From NCBI GenBank assembly GCA_018267055.1, contig JAFDZF010000081.1, positions 3,345 through 67,344 on the forward strand: a DNA stretch of 64,000 nucleotides. The letters run 5' to 3'. Below the pieces are notes generated by a model that saw only the letters and a program-made list of their open reading frames with translations, was not told where the DNA came from and did no database searches. This DNA comes from Bacteroidota bacterium. GTDB lineage: Bacteria; Bacteroidota; Bacteroidia; Flavobacteriales_F; PHOS-HE28. The position numbers were made by a program, and so were the translations under genes. Of this stretch, positions 1 to 9,002 are shown piece by piece; positions within the stretch are counted from its first letter, which is position 1; the number at the start of each line of letters is the position of its first letter.

Positions 1-1206
1 CTGAGCGACCGCCTGCGCGCGGCCCTCGGCGTGGACATCGACATCCTCGGTCCCGACGGCCTGGCCATCGTCTTCGCGCTGATGCTCTTCCCCTATGTGT
101 ACCTGCCGGCGCGCGCGGCCTTCAGCGCGGGCATGAGCGACGTGCTGGAGGCGGCGAAGCTGCTGGGGGCGGGCGCCCGACGGCGCGCCTTCCGCGTGGC
201 CTTCCCGCTGGCACGCCCGGCGATCGCGGGCGGCGTGCTCCTGGTCTGCATGGAGGTGCTGAACGACTACGGAGCGGTACAGTACTACGGCGTGCACACG
301 CTCACCGCCGGGATCTTCCGCAGCTGGGGCGGCCTGTACGACGTGGGCAGCGCATTGCGCCTCGCCGGCGTGCTGCTCCTGGTGGTGCTGGCGCTCGCCC
401 TGGGCCAGCGGCTGTTGAAACGCGGAGGCCTGCGCACGGCGGAAGGGCGCGCCTTGCGCCGTGTGCGGCTGTCGGGCTGGCGCGCGGCCGGCGCCACGAC
501 CTGGTGCGGGCTGCTGGTCCTCTTCGCCTTCGCCCTGCCCATCGGCTCCCTGCTGGGCGACACGCTGGCCACCTGGAACGCCGCGGCCATCGCGGACCTG
601 GCGCGCCCCGTGGTGAACACACTGTACGTGGGCACCTGGGCCGCGGCCATCACCCTGGTCGTCGCCGTGGCGTTCGCCTTCGCGCAGCGCATGGGCTACG
701 GCGGCCTCACCCGGCCGGCCTCCATCGGGTACGTGGTCCCCGGTGCGGTGATCGCCATCGGGGTGATGGGCCTCGCCGGACCGCTGGCCGCCCGGACCGG
801 ATGGGTGCTCATCGGCTCGCTCACCCTGGTGATCTATGCCTTCAGCGTGCGGTTCCTCGCCCTCGCCGGCCAGCCGCTCCAGGCCGGGCTTTCCCAGCAG
901 CCGCGCATGCTGGACGAGGCCGCCCACCTGCTGGGCGCATCGCCCGTCCGCACCTTCCTGCGCGTCAACCTGCCGCTGCTGCGCCCCTCGCTGCTCGCCG
1001 CGGCCGCCATCGTCCTCATCGAGGTGGTGAAGGAGCTCCCCCTCACCCTCATCCTGCGGCCCTTCAACTTCGAGACGCTCAGCACGCGCGTGTTCGACAT
1101 GGCCCGCATCGAGCAATGGCGCGAGGCCGCTCCTCCCGCGCTGCTCATCGTGGCGTGCGGGCTGGTGCCCGTGCTCCTGCTCGAACGGTGGATGGAGCGG
1201 CGCTGA
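1..1206 (+). CDS. Iron(III)/thiamine-type ABC transporter permease (FbpB-like), 5' end outside window
   Basis: Reading frame is open from nt 1 (track ORF 31..1206). Polytopic membrane protein. The ABC-permease EAA-type loop appears twice ('EAAKLLGAGARRRAFRVAFPLARPA' and 'EAAHLLGASPVRTFLRVNLPLLRPS'), as in two-lobed FbpB/ThiP permeases. An ABC ATPase gene follows. Confidence 0.85.
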   Translation: MSDRLRAALGVDIDILGPDGLAIVFALMLFPYVYLPARAAFSAGMSDVLEAAKLLGAGARRRAFRVAFPLARPAIAGGVLLVCMEVLNDYGAVQYYGVHTLTAGIFRSWGGLYDVGSALRLAGVLLLVVLALALGQRLLKRGGLRTAEGRALRRVRLSGWRAAGATTWCGLLVLFAFALPIGSLLGDTLATWNAAAIADLARPVVNTLYVGTWAAAITLVVAVAFAFAQRMGYGGLTRPASIGYVVPGAVIAIGVMGLAGPLAARTGWVLIGSLTLVIYAFSVRFLALAGQPLQAGLSQQPRMLDEAAHLLGASPVRTFLRVNLPLLRPSLLAAAAIVLIEVVKELPLTLILRPFNFETLSTRVFDMARIEQWREAAPPALLIVACGLVPVLLLERWMERR

Positions 1207-1278
1207 GCGGCCCGCTCATCCGCCCCGGCATGCCGCGCGCCGCTGGCACGCTGGGGCTTAGTTTTGCGGCCTTCCTCC

Positions 1279-1983
1279 ATGGGCGCGCTCCTGCATATCA
1301 CCGGCACCTCGTTCGCACACGGGGAACGCCCGGTGCTGCGCGCGGTGGACCTCACGGTGGAACGCGGCTCCACGCTCGTGATCGTGGGCGCCAGCGGCTG
1401 CGGCAAGACCACCCTGCTGCGCGCGATCGCCGGGCTGGAACGGCCGACGGCCGGCACCATCCGCCTGGAAGGCGAGATCCTTTCCGGACCGGGCGTGCAC
1501 GTGCCGCCCGAGGAGCGGTCCATCGGCTTCGTGTTCCAGGGCCTGGCGCTCTTCCCCCACCTCACGGTGAACGGCAACGTCGGCTTCGGCCTGTCGCACC
1601 TGCCGAAGGCCGAGCGCCACGTGCGCATCGCGGAGGAGCTCGCCTCCGTGGGCCTGGAAGGACTGGGCGACCGGTACCCGCACCAGCTGTCCGGCGGGCA
1701 GCAGCAGCGCGTGGCCATCGCACGGTCGCTCGTGCGCCGCCCCAAGCTGATGCTGATGGACGAGCCTTTCAGCGACCTCGACCCCCGCACCCGCGCGCAG
1801 GTGCGCACCGAGGTGCTGCGGATCCTGCGCGAGCACGGCACCACCGCCATCATCGTGACGCACGACCGCGAGGATGCCTTCCACGTGGCCGACCGCATCG
1901 CGGAGATGGACCAGGGACGCATCGCACGCGAGGCCGCAGCGGAGGAGCTCCGCCGGGAATGGAGCCACCAACCCTTCGCGTGA
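1279..1983 (+). CDS. ABC transporter ATP-binding protein (FbpC/PotA-like)
   Basis: Walker A 'GASGCGKTT', ABC signature 'LSGGQQQRVAIARSL', Walker B 'LMLMDEPFS', H-loop 'VTHD'. ATG 1279 preferred over TTG 1264. Confidence 0.92.
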   Translation: MGALLHITGTSFAHGERPVLRAVDLTVERGSTLVIVGASGCGKTTLLRAIAGLERPTAGTIRLEGEILSGPGVHVPPEERSIGFVFQGLALFPHLTVNGNVGFGLSHLPKAERHVRIAEELASVGLEGLGDRYPHQLSGGQQQRVAIARSLVRRPKLMLMDEPFSDLDPRTRAQVRTEVLRILREHGTTAIIVTHDREDAFHVADRIAEMDQGRIAREAAAEELRREWSHQPFA

Positions 1984-1985
1984 CC

Positions 1986-2312
1986 ATGGCCACGGAACGC
2001 CTGGCCCAGCTGCGCGCGATGCTCGCCGAAGAGCCCGGCGACCCTTTCCTCCGCTATGCCATCGCGCTCGAGCGCAAGCGCGCAGGCGACATGGAGGGCG
2101 CCGCCGCGGACCTGTCGCAGCTGGTGCACGAGGATCCCAAGTACATCGCCTGCTATTACCAGCTGGCGCTCATGCTAGCCGACCTGGGCCGCACCGCCGA
2201 AGCGATGGAGGTCTGTGAGGTGGGCTCCGCGCAATGCATCGTCACCCGCGACCTGAAGGCGCGCACGGAGCTGGTGCAGCTGAAGAACGCTTTGACCGGC
2301 GACGACGCATGA
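1986..2312 (+). CDS. Small TPR-like helical repeat protein
   Basis: Only the last 108 aa of artefactual track ORF 504..2312 look protein-like ('MATERLAQLRAMLAEEPGDPFLRYAIALE...YYQLALMLADLGRTAEA'). ATG 1986 lies 2 nt after the ATPase stop. Its stop overlaps the next start (ATGA at 2309-2312). Confidence 0.65.
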   Translation: MATERLAQLRAMLAEEPGDPFLRYAIALERKRAGDMEGAAADLSQLVHEDPKYIACYYQLALMLADLGRTAEAMEVCEVGSAQCIVTRDLKARTELVQLKNALTGDDA

Positions 2313-3244
2313 AACGGAGGCACCTGCTGTGGTGGATCGTCGCCGGCCCCTGCGCCGTGCTGCTGGCGATCATGGCGGTGGCGCATCCCTACCTGGCCGT
2401 GACCGAACGCAGCGGCGGCGACGTGCTCGTGGTGGAAGGCTGGATGGAGATGCCCCAGCTGGAGCAGGCCGTGCCCCTCGCCCTCGATGCGCGCTACAAG
2501 CACGTGTACACCACCGGCACCGTGCGGCCGTTCACCTACTACCTGCGGCAGAACGAAGGCATCGACGTGGTGCTCCGCAAGCCGGCCCAGGGCGAGCTCA
2601 CCATCAACGTGAGCGGCGTGGATGCCGCCGGGTTCACGGTGACCGCCGGGAACGACACGGTGCTGCACCAGGCGGTGAGCGGCGCGCCACAGGTCTTCCG
2701 CGCCCGGCTGGACCGGCCGGTGGAACAGCTGCGCGTGATGGCGTGGAACACGAACGCGATCGACCCGCACAGCGACGACATCTTCATCCTCTTCTTCCGG
2801 GTGGGCGGCACGGACCTGCATGAGCTGCAGCGCGAGACCCTGTTCATCCGCCCCGAGGGCCGCATGGAACACGCCTGGCCCACCTATGCGCACCGGGCGA
2901 AGGGCCTGCTGATGCGGTACGGCGTGCCGGAGGAGCGCATCACCGCGGTGCCCACCTGGGGCCATCCCGACAGCCGCACCTGGGCCAATGCCAGCGCCTT
3001 CGGCGTGCGCGCCCGGGAGGACGGCGTGACGGCGTTCGACCTCGCGACGGTGGGCGTGCATGCGCGCCGCTCACGCGCCTTGTTCCAGCAGGCCTGCGGG
3101 CCGAACGTCCGCGTGGGCGTCATCGCCATCCCCGACCCGTACTGCACCGCGACGAACTGGTGGCGGAGCGCGCGCGGCTGGGCCACGCTGCTGAAGGAGG
3201 TGATCGGATCGCCCGAAGCGCAAGCGGTGGAGCTCACCCGCTGA
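2309..3244 (+). CDS. DUF218 (YdcF/ElyC/SanA-like) domain protein with N-terminal TM anchor
   Basis: Internal ATG 2309 of track ORF 2234..3244 gives 'MKRRHLLWWIVAGPCAVLLAIMAV' (signal anchor). The C-terminal 'GVHARRSRALF...VGVIAIPDP' resembles the DUF218 core. Confidence 0.6.
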   Translation: MKRRHLLWWIVAGPCAVLLAIMAVAHPYLAVTERSGGDVLVVEGWMEMPQLEQAVPLALDARYKHVYTTGTVRPFTYYLRQNEGIDVVLRKPAQGELTINVSGVDAAGFTVTAGNDTVLHQAVSGAPQVFRARLDRPVEQLRVMAWNTNAIDPHSDDIFILFFRVGGTDLHELQRETLFIRPEGRMEHAWPTYAHRAKGLLMRYGVPEERITAVPTWGHPDSRTWANASAFGVRAREDGVTAFDLATVGVHARRSRALFQQACGPNVRVGVIAIPDPYCTATNWWRSARGWATLLKEVIGSPEAQAVELTR

Positions 3245-3270
3245 GCCCGCGCCGGCGTTACCTTCCGGAC

Positions 3271-3789
3271 ATGGAAGCCCTGCCCCGGCCCGCGCCCGGC
3301 GACCTGCCGGGCTATTACGTGCGCTACCTCGACCGGGCGGAGGGCGCCACGCTCGCCGAGGCCCTGCAGCAGGCTTCGCGGACCATGCACGCGGCGATCG
3401 CCCTGCTCGACGCCCGCGGCGACCACGCCTACGCCCCCGGCAAGTGGAGCGTGAAGGAGGTGCTCCAGCACGTGGTGGACACCGAGCGGATCTTCGCCTA
3501 CCGCGCGCTGCGGTTCGCCCGCAACGACGCCACCCCGCTGCCCGGCTTCGAGGAGAACGACTACGCCCCGGAAGCGCGGGCGGGACGCCGCACACTGGCC
3601 GCCATCCTCCAGGAGCACGATGCCGTGCGGGCCGCGACGGTGGCGCTCTTCGAAGGGCTCGACAAGGACATGATGCACCGCTCCGGCACCGCCAACGGAC
3701 TGCGCCTGGAGGCCGGCACCATCGGCTGGATCATCGCCGGGCACGCGATGCACCATGCCGGCATCCTGCGCGAACGCTACCTCTCCTGA
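3271..3789 (+). CDS. DinB-family (four-helix bundle, metal-binding) protein
   Basis: ATG 3271 within track ORF 3160..3789. 'WSVKEVLQHVVDTERIFAYRAL' and C-terminal 'IAGHAMHHAGILRE' match the DinB/YfiT His-triad pattern. Confidence 0.75.
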   Translation: MEALPRPAPGDLPGYYVRYLDRAEGATLAEALQQASRTMHAAIALLDARGDHAYAPGKWSVKEVLQHVVDTERIFAYRALRFARNDATPLPGFEENDYAPEARAGRRTLAAILQEHDAVRAATVALFEGLDKDMMHRSGTANGLRLEAGTIGWIIAGHAMHHAGILRERYLS

Positions 3790-3792
3790 GCC

Positions 3793-4251
3793 ATGGCCGC
3801 ACGCTCCATCCACACCTGGTTCGCCGAGTACGGCGAGAGCCACCGGAACGCCACCAATACCGCCATCCACTGGATCTGCGTGCCCGCGATCTACTTCAGC
3901 ATCGTGGGCCTGATCATGAGCATCCCCTCGCCCGGCGTGCCCTACCTCTGGGCCTGGCTCGCGCTCGCGGGCGTGATGCTCTTCTACGTCCGGCGGTCGG
4001 TGCTCCTGGCCGTGGGCATGCTGGCGTGGAGCCTGTTCTGCGTAGGGCTCGCGCACGTCCTGCGTGGGCATGCCCCGTGGCCGCTCTGGTCGATCGGCCT
4101 GGCGGTGTTCGCCCTGGCGTGGGTGGGCCAGTTCTATGGGCACCGCATCGAAGGCCGGAAGCCCAGCTTCCTCAAGGACCTGCAGTTCCTGCTGATCGGT
4201 CCCGCCTGGCTGATGGCCAAGGTCTATGCGCGGCTGGGCGTCCGTTACTGA
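3793..4251 (+). CDS. DUF962 / Mpo1-like membrane protein
   Basis: 'YGESHRNATNTAIHWICVP' and 'GHRIEGRKPSFLKDLQFLLIGPAW' motifs, 3-4 TM helices. Starts 3 nt after the previous stop. Confidence 0.7.
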   Translation: MAARSIHTWFAEYGESHRNATNTAIHWICVPAIYFSIVGLIMSIPSPGVPYLWAWLALAGVMLFYVRRSVLLAVGMLAWSLFCVGLAHVLRGHAPWPLWSIGLAVFALAWVGQFYGHRIEGRKPSFLKDLQFLLIGPAWLMAKVYARLGVRY

Positions 4252-5354
4252 ACGGGCCGGAAGTATACCGGGGGCCGCCCGCCGGCCGCCGCGGGATGCA
4301 GGATGCCGAGGAGGTCGGCGAGCATCACGTCCGGCTCCAGCGCCGCGGCGCCGAAGAGGTCCGTCTCCATGCTGTTGCCGTAGAAGCAGCGCCCGCCCGT
4401 GAAGGCCGGCAGCCGCAGGATCCGCTCATCGCCGTCCGCGATGTCGCGGGCCGTCACCGTGCCGGGCTGCGCCAGGATGCGCCCCCACACCTGCGCCTTG
4501 CGCCCTTCCATGAGCGCCGTCTCCATGGCGATGGTGAGGTTGCCGTCACCGGTCCGGTCGGCGAAGAGGTAGGCGCCCTTCGCATCCGCGATCAAACGGG
4601 CCATGTAGCTGTTGCCCGGCGGCACCGACCATTCGCCCTTCCAGGCACTGCCGAAGAACACCCGCGGGCGCACGCTGTCCGCCGGGGCCTGGGCCATCGC
4701 CCCCGCATAGCGGTCCACGATGCCCTGGAAAAGACTGTCGGCCACGGCCTCGTCCTGGAACAGGGTGCCGAAGAAGCGGATCCATTCGGCGCGGCCGAGC
4801 GGATGCTCCTCCAGGTATTCGCTCACCTCCACCACCGGCGGGCCGGAGCGCTCCAGGGCATGGTCCGTTCGGCCGAAGGGATACAGGAAGAGCGCGTCCA
4901 CATGCAGGGCCAGCAGCCGCTCCCGGTCGATGCCGTCACCGGTGCCCACCTCCTGCACGCGGCCTGCGCGGATGCGCGCCAGCAAGGCGGTGTCGCGCAC
5001 CTGATCGAGGTGGGCACAGGCCGCCACGCTGCCGCTCCGGCCCAAGGCACTGAGGAAGGGCGCGTGCGTGGTGCTCTGCAGCGCAACGCGCCGCAAGGGA
5101 TGCAGGTGCCGCGCGTTCCAGGGGACCGCCGTAGCGCGATCGTCCGGCGACAGGTGGTAGGCGCCCACCGTGTCCCGCGGTCCGCCATGGCCGAACACGA
5201 GGACCAGCCGCTCCCCGCCCTTCGCCCACACCTGGAAATGCTCGGCATAGCGCTCGCCGCGCCGCGACCAACCCTCCAGGGGGGCCGGGGCCGGCCGGTC
5301 GCCGCCGCACCCGGCGGACGCGGCGAGCAGGAGCGCGAAGGGCCAGGCCTTCAT
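4245..5354 (-). CDS. Periplasmic-binding-protein (BtuF/FecB-type, ABC substrate-binding) lipoprotein
   Basis: Internal start 5354 gives 'MKAWPFALLLAASAGC' (lipobox). The two-lobe PBP-like sequence resembles cobalamin/siderophore binders. Its start overlaps the upstream S41 gene stop (ATGA). Confidence 0.7.
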   Translation of the reverse strand: MKAWPFALLLAASAGCGGDRPAPAPLEGWSRRGERYAEHFQVWAKGGERLVLVFGHGGPRDTVGAYHLSPDDRATAVPWNARHLHPLRRVALQSTTHAPFLSALGRSGSVAACAHLDQVRDTALLARIRAGRVQEVGTGDGIDRERLLALHVDALFLYPFGRTDHALERSGPPVVEVSEYLEEHPLGRAEWIRFFGTLFQDEAVADSLFQGIVDRYAGAMAQAPADSVRPRVFFGSAWKGEWSVPPGNSYMARLIADAKGAYLFADRTGDGNLTIAMETALMEGRKAQVWGRILAQPGTVTARDIADGDERILRLPAFTGGRCFYGNSMETDLFGAAALEPDVMLADLLGILHPAAAGGRPPVYFRPVQ

Positions 5355-6802
5355 CGCAGCTCGCGGATCATCTCGATCAACGACTCGCGTACGGTGTCCT
5401 TGCCCTTCACCAGGCCCCATGGCTGCTGGGCCACGGCATGGTGCGGCATTTCACCGCGGTCGATGGGGCCGCTGGGCGCGCCGTCGGGAACGAACCGCGT
5501 GAGCGGCACATGCAGGATGCAGGCGGTGCGCGGCAGGGTGATCTCCAGCTCGCGACCGCCGCAGAAGCTGAACGCGTTGGATCCGGTCTCCTCGCCCACG
5601 ATGCGCGCGCGGCCCGAGCGCTTGGCCAGCATCACGAAGGCCGCACCCGCTTCGCGCGTGAGCCCGTCGCAGATCACGTACACCTTGCCGCCGAAGGCAC
5701 GGCCCACGGGCTTCACCATTTCCAGGCGCGGATCATCGGGGCGCAGCGTCATCACGCCGTTGAGGTCGGGCAGGTAGGAACCGCCCACCGAGGCGTAGAA
5801 CTCGGCCGCCGGCGCCGCGTACTTGTACGAGTCCGGTGCCTGCAGACTGCGGACCGACATCGACTGCACCACGCGGTACGGCTCCCGCGCGATGAGGGCG
5901 AAGATCTGCTCGGCCATGCCCAGGTCGCGCCCGCCGGCGCCGCGCACGTCGATCACCAGCGTGGCCGCCCCGCTCTTGCGGAGCGTCTCCATCACCGTCA
6001 TGATGAACTTCTCCGGAGCGGTGCCATCGCCCTCCACCACCTCGCGGTCCAGGCTGCCCAGCGTAAGCCAGCCCGTGCCGATGTCGGGCATCTCCTCCAG
6101 CCGCCACGTGCGCAGCGCGAGCCCTTTCGGGGTGTACGAGCGCTCCATCTCATCGGCGCTCAGGGCGAAGAGCTTCTGCGTGCGCGCCTCGCCGTCGGGA
6201 CCGATGAAGTCCACCGTGAACTCGCCCGCACGCTCCACCAGCCGCCGGTAGAGGACCGGGAACTCGCGCTCGATGCGGCGGTCGATCAGGGTGGTGTCGC
6301 CGCCGTCGGCCACCAGCGCGGCCCGCAGGGTGGCCAGGATGGCCGTGGCCGTGTGCCCGTTCACGGCGAGGAGGCGGCTGCCCGAGGGCAGGCTGCGGAA
6401 CCCCTTCAGCTCCTCGTCCACGAAGAGTGCGCCATCGAGCACGGCCAGCTCGAGCGGGATCAGCGGCTCGCTGTGCTCATAGGCGCGGGTGAGCGTCGCG
6501 GGCGGCGCCATCCAGGTGTGCGCGTCCGCCACTAGGCGGAACACCGGCATCGCCGCCTGGATGAACTCCTCACCCGTCATCGGCGTGGCCAGCGCGGCGC
6601 CCACCTCCTCGAAGGTGCGATCGAGCTCGGCCTTGGTGTGGTAGCGGTACGGATCGGGATGCGACTGGTGCAAGGTGGTACGCACCAGCTCGAGGTCCTG
6701 CCGCAGGTCCTCCGGGTAGTAGCGTACGTCCGTGCCCTGCGCCCGGCACACGGCCGTCGTCCAGGCCAGCACGGCCACCGCGATCGCACGTTCCATCACC
6801 AT
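5351..6802 (-). CDS. S41-family (tail-specific/CtpA-like) peptidase
   Basis: Signal peptide 'MVMERAIAVAVLAWTTAVCRAQ'. C-terminal 'VICDGLTREAGAAFVMLAKRSGRARIVGEETGS' is S41-core-like. The track start at 6850 lies inside the pckA terminator hairpin, so ATG 6802 (preceded by a purine-rich GGAGGAG) was chosen. Confidence 0.8.
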   Translation of the reverse strand: MVMERAIAVAVLAWTTAVCRAQGTDVRYYPEDLRQDLELVRTTLHQSHPDPYRYHTKAELDRTFEEVGAALATPMTGEEFIQAAMPVFRLVADAHTWMAPPATLTRAYEHSEPLIPLELAVLDGALFVDEELKGFRSLPSGSRLLAVNGHTATAILATLRAALVADGGDTTLIDRRIEREFPVLYRRLVERAGEFTVDFIGPDGEARTQKLFALSADEMERSYTPKGLALRTWRLEEMPDIGTGWLTLGSLDREVVEGDGTAPEKFIMTVMETLRKSGAATLVIDVRGAGGRDLGMAEQIFALIAREPYRVVQSMSVRSLQAPDSYKYAAPAAEFYASVGGSYLPDLNGVMTLRPDDPRLEMVKPVGRAFGGKVYVICDGLTREAGAAFVMLAKRSGRARIVGEETGSNAFSFCGGRELEITLPRTACILHVPLTRFVPDGAPSGPIDRGEMPHHAVAQQPWGLVKGKDTVRESLIEMIRELR

Positions 6803-6828
6803 ATCTCCTCCCCCTCTCCGCGGGACCA

Positions 6829-6836
6829 CGAAAGTA
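6829..6836 (-). promoter_or_regulatory. -7-type promoter box TACTTTCG (S41 peptidase)
   Basis: Reverse complement of CGAAAGTA, 26 nt upstream of ATG 6802. Matches Bacteroidota TAnnTTTG with C at position 7. Confidence 0.4.
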
Positions 6837-6837
6837 G

Positions 6838-6862
6838 GAAGCCCCGGCATGGCCGGGGCTTC
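6838..6862 (-). terminator. Perfect hairpin GAAGCCCCGGC-ATG-GCCGGGGCTTC downstream of pckA
   Basis: 11-bp GC-rich stem, 23 nt after the pckA stop. Followed on the minus strand by CTACTTTCG. Confidence 0.6.
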
Positions 6863-6884
6863 CTGTTGATGATCTCCGGAGGGG

Positions 6885-8501
6885 TTACGCCTTCACCGTC
6901 GTCTTCGGGGCCGCGGCGAGGATCTCGGCACTGGCGCCGTCCTTGTACTTGGCGAAGTTGGTGTTGAACGCCTTCGCCAGGTCGTCGGCCTGCTTGTCAT
7001 AGGCGCCCTTGTCCTTCCATGTGCTGCGCGGATCGAGGATCTCGGCGGGCACGTTGGGGCAGGTGGCGGGGAAGGCTATGCCGAACACGGGGTGCTCCTT
7101 GTACGCCACCTTGTCCAGCTCGCCCTTCAGGGCCGCAGTGATCATGGCGCGGGTGTACCGCAGCTTCATGCGCTCGCCGGTGCCGTAGGCGCCGCCGCTC
7201 CAGCCGGTGTTCACCAGCCAGATGCGCACGTCGTGCTTGCGCATCTTCTCGCCGAGCATGTCGGCGTACTTGGTGGGGTGCAGCGGCAGGAAAGGCGCAC
7301 CGAAGCAGGTGCTGAACACCGTCTTCGGCTCGGTGACCCCGGCCTCGGTGCCGGCCACCTTCGCGGTGTAGCCGCTGATGAACCAGTACATGGCCTGGCC
7401 CGGCGTCAGCTTGCTGATGGGGGGCAGCACGCCGTAGGCGTCGCAGGTGAGGAAGAAGATGTTCTTCGGATGACCACCGGTGCTGGGCACCGCGATGTTG
7501 TCGATGAACTCGATGGGGTAGCTGACGCGCGTGTTCTCGGTCTTGCTGCCGTCGGCGAAATCCACCTTGCTCTGGCTGCCCTCGGTGAAGCTGATGTTCT
7601 CCAGCAGGGCGCCGAACTTGATCGCCTTCCAGATCTGCGGCTCCTTCTCCTCGGTGAGGTCGATGCACTTGGCGTAGCAGCCGCCCTCGAAGTTGAACAC
7701 GCCCTGGTCGCTCCAGCCGTGCTCGTCGTCGCCGATGAGCTTGCGCTCCGGATCGGCGCTCAGGGTGGTCTTGCCCGTGCCGCTGAGGCCGAAGAAGACC
7801 GCCGTGTCACCGTCCTTGCCGGTGTTGGCCGAGCAGTGCATGCTGAGCACGCCGCGCTCTTGCGGCAGCACGTAGTTCAGCACGGTGAAGATGCCCTTCT
7901 TGATCTCGCCGGTATAGCCCGTGCCGCCGATGAGGATCGTCTTCCGCGTGAAGTCGAGCACGGCGAAGTTGTGCTGGCGCGTGCCGTCCTTGGCCGGGTC
8001 GGCCGTGAAGCCGGGGGCGCAGATGATGTGCCACTCGGGCTCGAAATGCTCCAGCTCGTCGGCGGTGGGGCGCAGGAACATGTTGCCGGCGAACAGGGCG
8101 CTCCAGGGATACTCCGCCACCACGCGCAGGTTCAGCTTGAACGAGGGGTCGGCGCAGGCGTAGGCGTCCTTCACGTACACATCGCGGCCCATCAGGTAGG
8201 CCGTCATCTTGTCGCGGAGCAGGTCGAACTTCTCGGGGGAGAAGGGGATGTTCACGTCCCCCCACCAGACCGTGCCCTCGGTCTTGGCGTCCTTCACGCA
8301 GAACTTGTCCTTGGGGCTGCGGCCGGTGAACTCGCCCGTCTCGATGGCCAGCGCACCGCTGTCGGCGAACACGCCCTGCCCGTTCACGATGGCATGCTCG
8401 ATGAGCTCAGCGGGCTCGAGGTTCCAGTAGGCGTCGCCCACCTTGCCCAGGCCGATCTGCGCCAGGTCCGCGTTCTTCGGTTTCGTTCCGAACTCGTTCA
8501 T
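6885..8501 (-). CDS. pckA: Phosphoenolpyruvate carboxykinase (ATP)
   Basis: Full-length 538 aa with the kinase-1a loop 'GLSGTGKTTLS' and 'IGDDEHGW', typical of ATP-PEPCK. Confidence 0.97.
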   Translation of the reverse strand: MNEFGTKPKNADLAQIGLGKVGDAYWNLEPAELIEHAIVNGQGVFADSGALAIETGEFTGRSPKDKFCVKDAKTEGTVWWGDVNIPFSPEKFDLLRDKMTAYLMGRDVYVKDAYACADPSFKLNLRVVAEYPWSALFAGNMFLRPTADELEHFEPEWHIICAPGFTADPAKDGTRQHNFAVLDFTRKTILIGGTGYTGEIKKGIFTVLNYVLPQERGVLSMHCSANTGKDGDTAVFFGLSGTGKTTLSADPERKLIGDDEHGWSDQGVFNFEGGCYAKCIDLTEEKEPQIWKAIKFGALLENISFTEGSQSKVDFADGSKTENTRVSYPIEFIDNIAVPSTGGHPKNIFFLTCDAYGVLPPISKLTPGQAMYWFISGYTAKVAGTEAGVTEPKTVFSTCFGAPFLPLHPTKYADMLGEKMRKHDVRIWLVNTGWSGGAYGTGERMKLRYTRAMITAALKGELDKVAYKEHPVFGIAFPATCPNVPAEILDPRSTWKDKGAYDKQADDLAKAFNTNFAKYKDGASAEILAAAPKTTVKA

Positions 8502-8530
8502 AGGGATAAGGGTTCTCTTTTTGGAGGCGG

Positions 8531-8538
8531 CAAAGTTA
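8531..8538 (-). promoter_or_regulatory. -7-type promoter box TAACTTTG (pckA)
   Basis: Perfect TAnnTTTG, 29 nt upstream of ATG 8501. Confidence 0.45.
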
Positions 8539-8569
8539 ATCCGGCACGAAGGGGACGTCCACCCGGGGG

Positions 8570-8962
8570 TCAGGACTTACGCACAGCCCCGATCAGCAGC
8601 ACCGTCCAGCCGGCCATGAAGAGCAGCCCGCCCAGCGGCGTGATGGGCCCCAGCACCCGCGTAAGTCCCTGGGTGCCTAGTATCTCCCGCGTGGAGAGCA
8701 GGTAGAGCGATCCGCAGAAGCAGATCACGCCGAGCACGAACAGGATGCGCACCAGCGAGATCGTCCGGCTGGCCAGCCGCGCGTCCAGCGCCGCCAGCGC
8801 CAGCAGGGCCAGCCCGTGGAAGAACTGGTACTGCGCCGCCGTGGTCCAGTTGTGGTAGGCCTGCGCGTCCACGCGCAGCTCGATGCCATGCGCCCCGAAG
8901 GCCCCCAGGGCCACGGCCAGGAGGAGGATGCCTGCTGCCCAGGCCAGTGTGCGGTTGTTCAT
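8570..8962 (-). CDS. DUF423 (YgdD/TMEM256-like) small membrane protein
   Basis: Internal ATG 8962 gives 'MNNRTLAWAAGILLLAVALGAFGAHG...YQFFHGLALL', the DUF423 GAHG/HxxAL pattern, with 4 TM helices. Confidence 0.8.
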   Translation of the reverse strand: MNNRTLAWAAGILLLAVALGAFGAHGIELRVDAQAYHNWTTAAQYQFFHGLALLALAALDARLASRTISLVRILFVLGVICFCGSLYLLSTREILGTQGLTRVLGPITPLGGLLFMAGWTVLLIGAVRKS

Positions 8963-8971
8963 CCCTGCAAA

Positions 8972-9002
8972 GATCGGGCGATCGGGATGATCGGTCGATC
9001 GG
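8972..9002. repeat. Four direct GATCGG copies at 8-9 bp spacing
   Basis: Copies at 8972, 8980, 8989 and 8997. They sit in the 56-nt gap between the stop at 9019 and the DUF423 start at 8962, immediately upstream of a GATCTTTG box. Confidence 0.7.

Noticed and set aside
504-2312. 602-aa plus-strand ORF overlapping the ABC permease and ATPase genes
   Set aside because: Only its last 108 codons (from ATG 1986) look like a real protein (TPR-like). The upstream part is an out-of-frame read-through of the permease and ATPase genes with Arg/Pro/Gly-rich nonsense.
6848-6850. ATG used by the ORF track as the S41 peptidase start (6850)
   Set aside because: It sits in the loop of the perfect pckA terminator hairpin (6838-6862), upstream of the TACTTTCG box. 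ATG 6802 gives a proper signal peptide.
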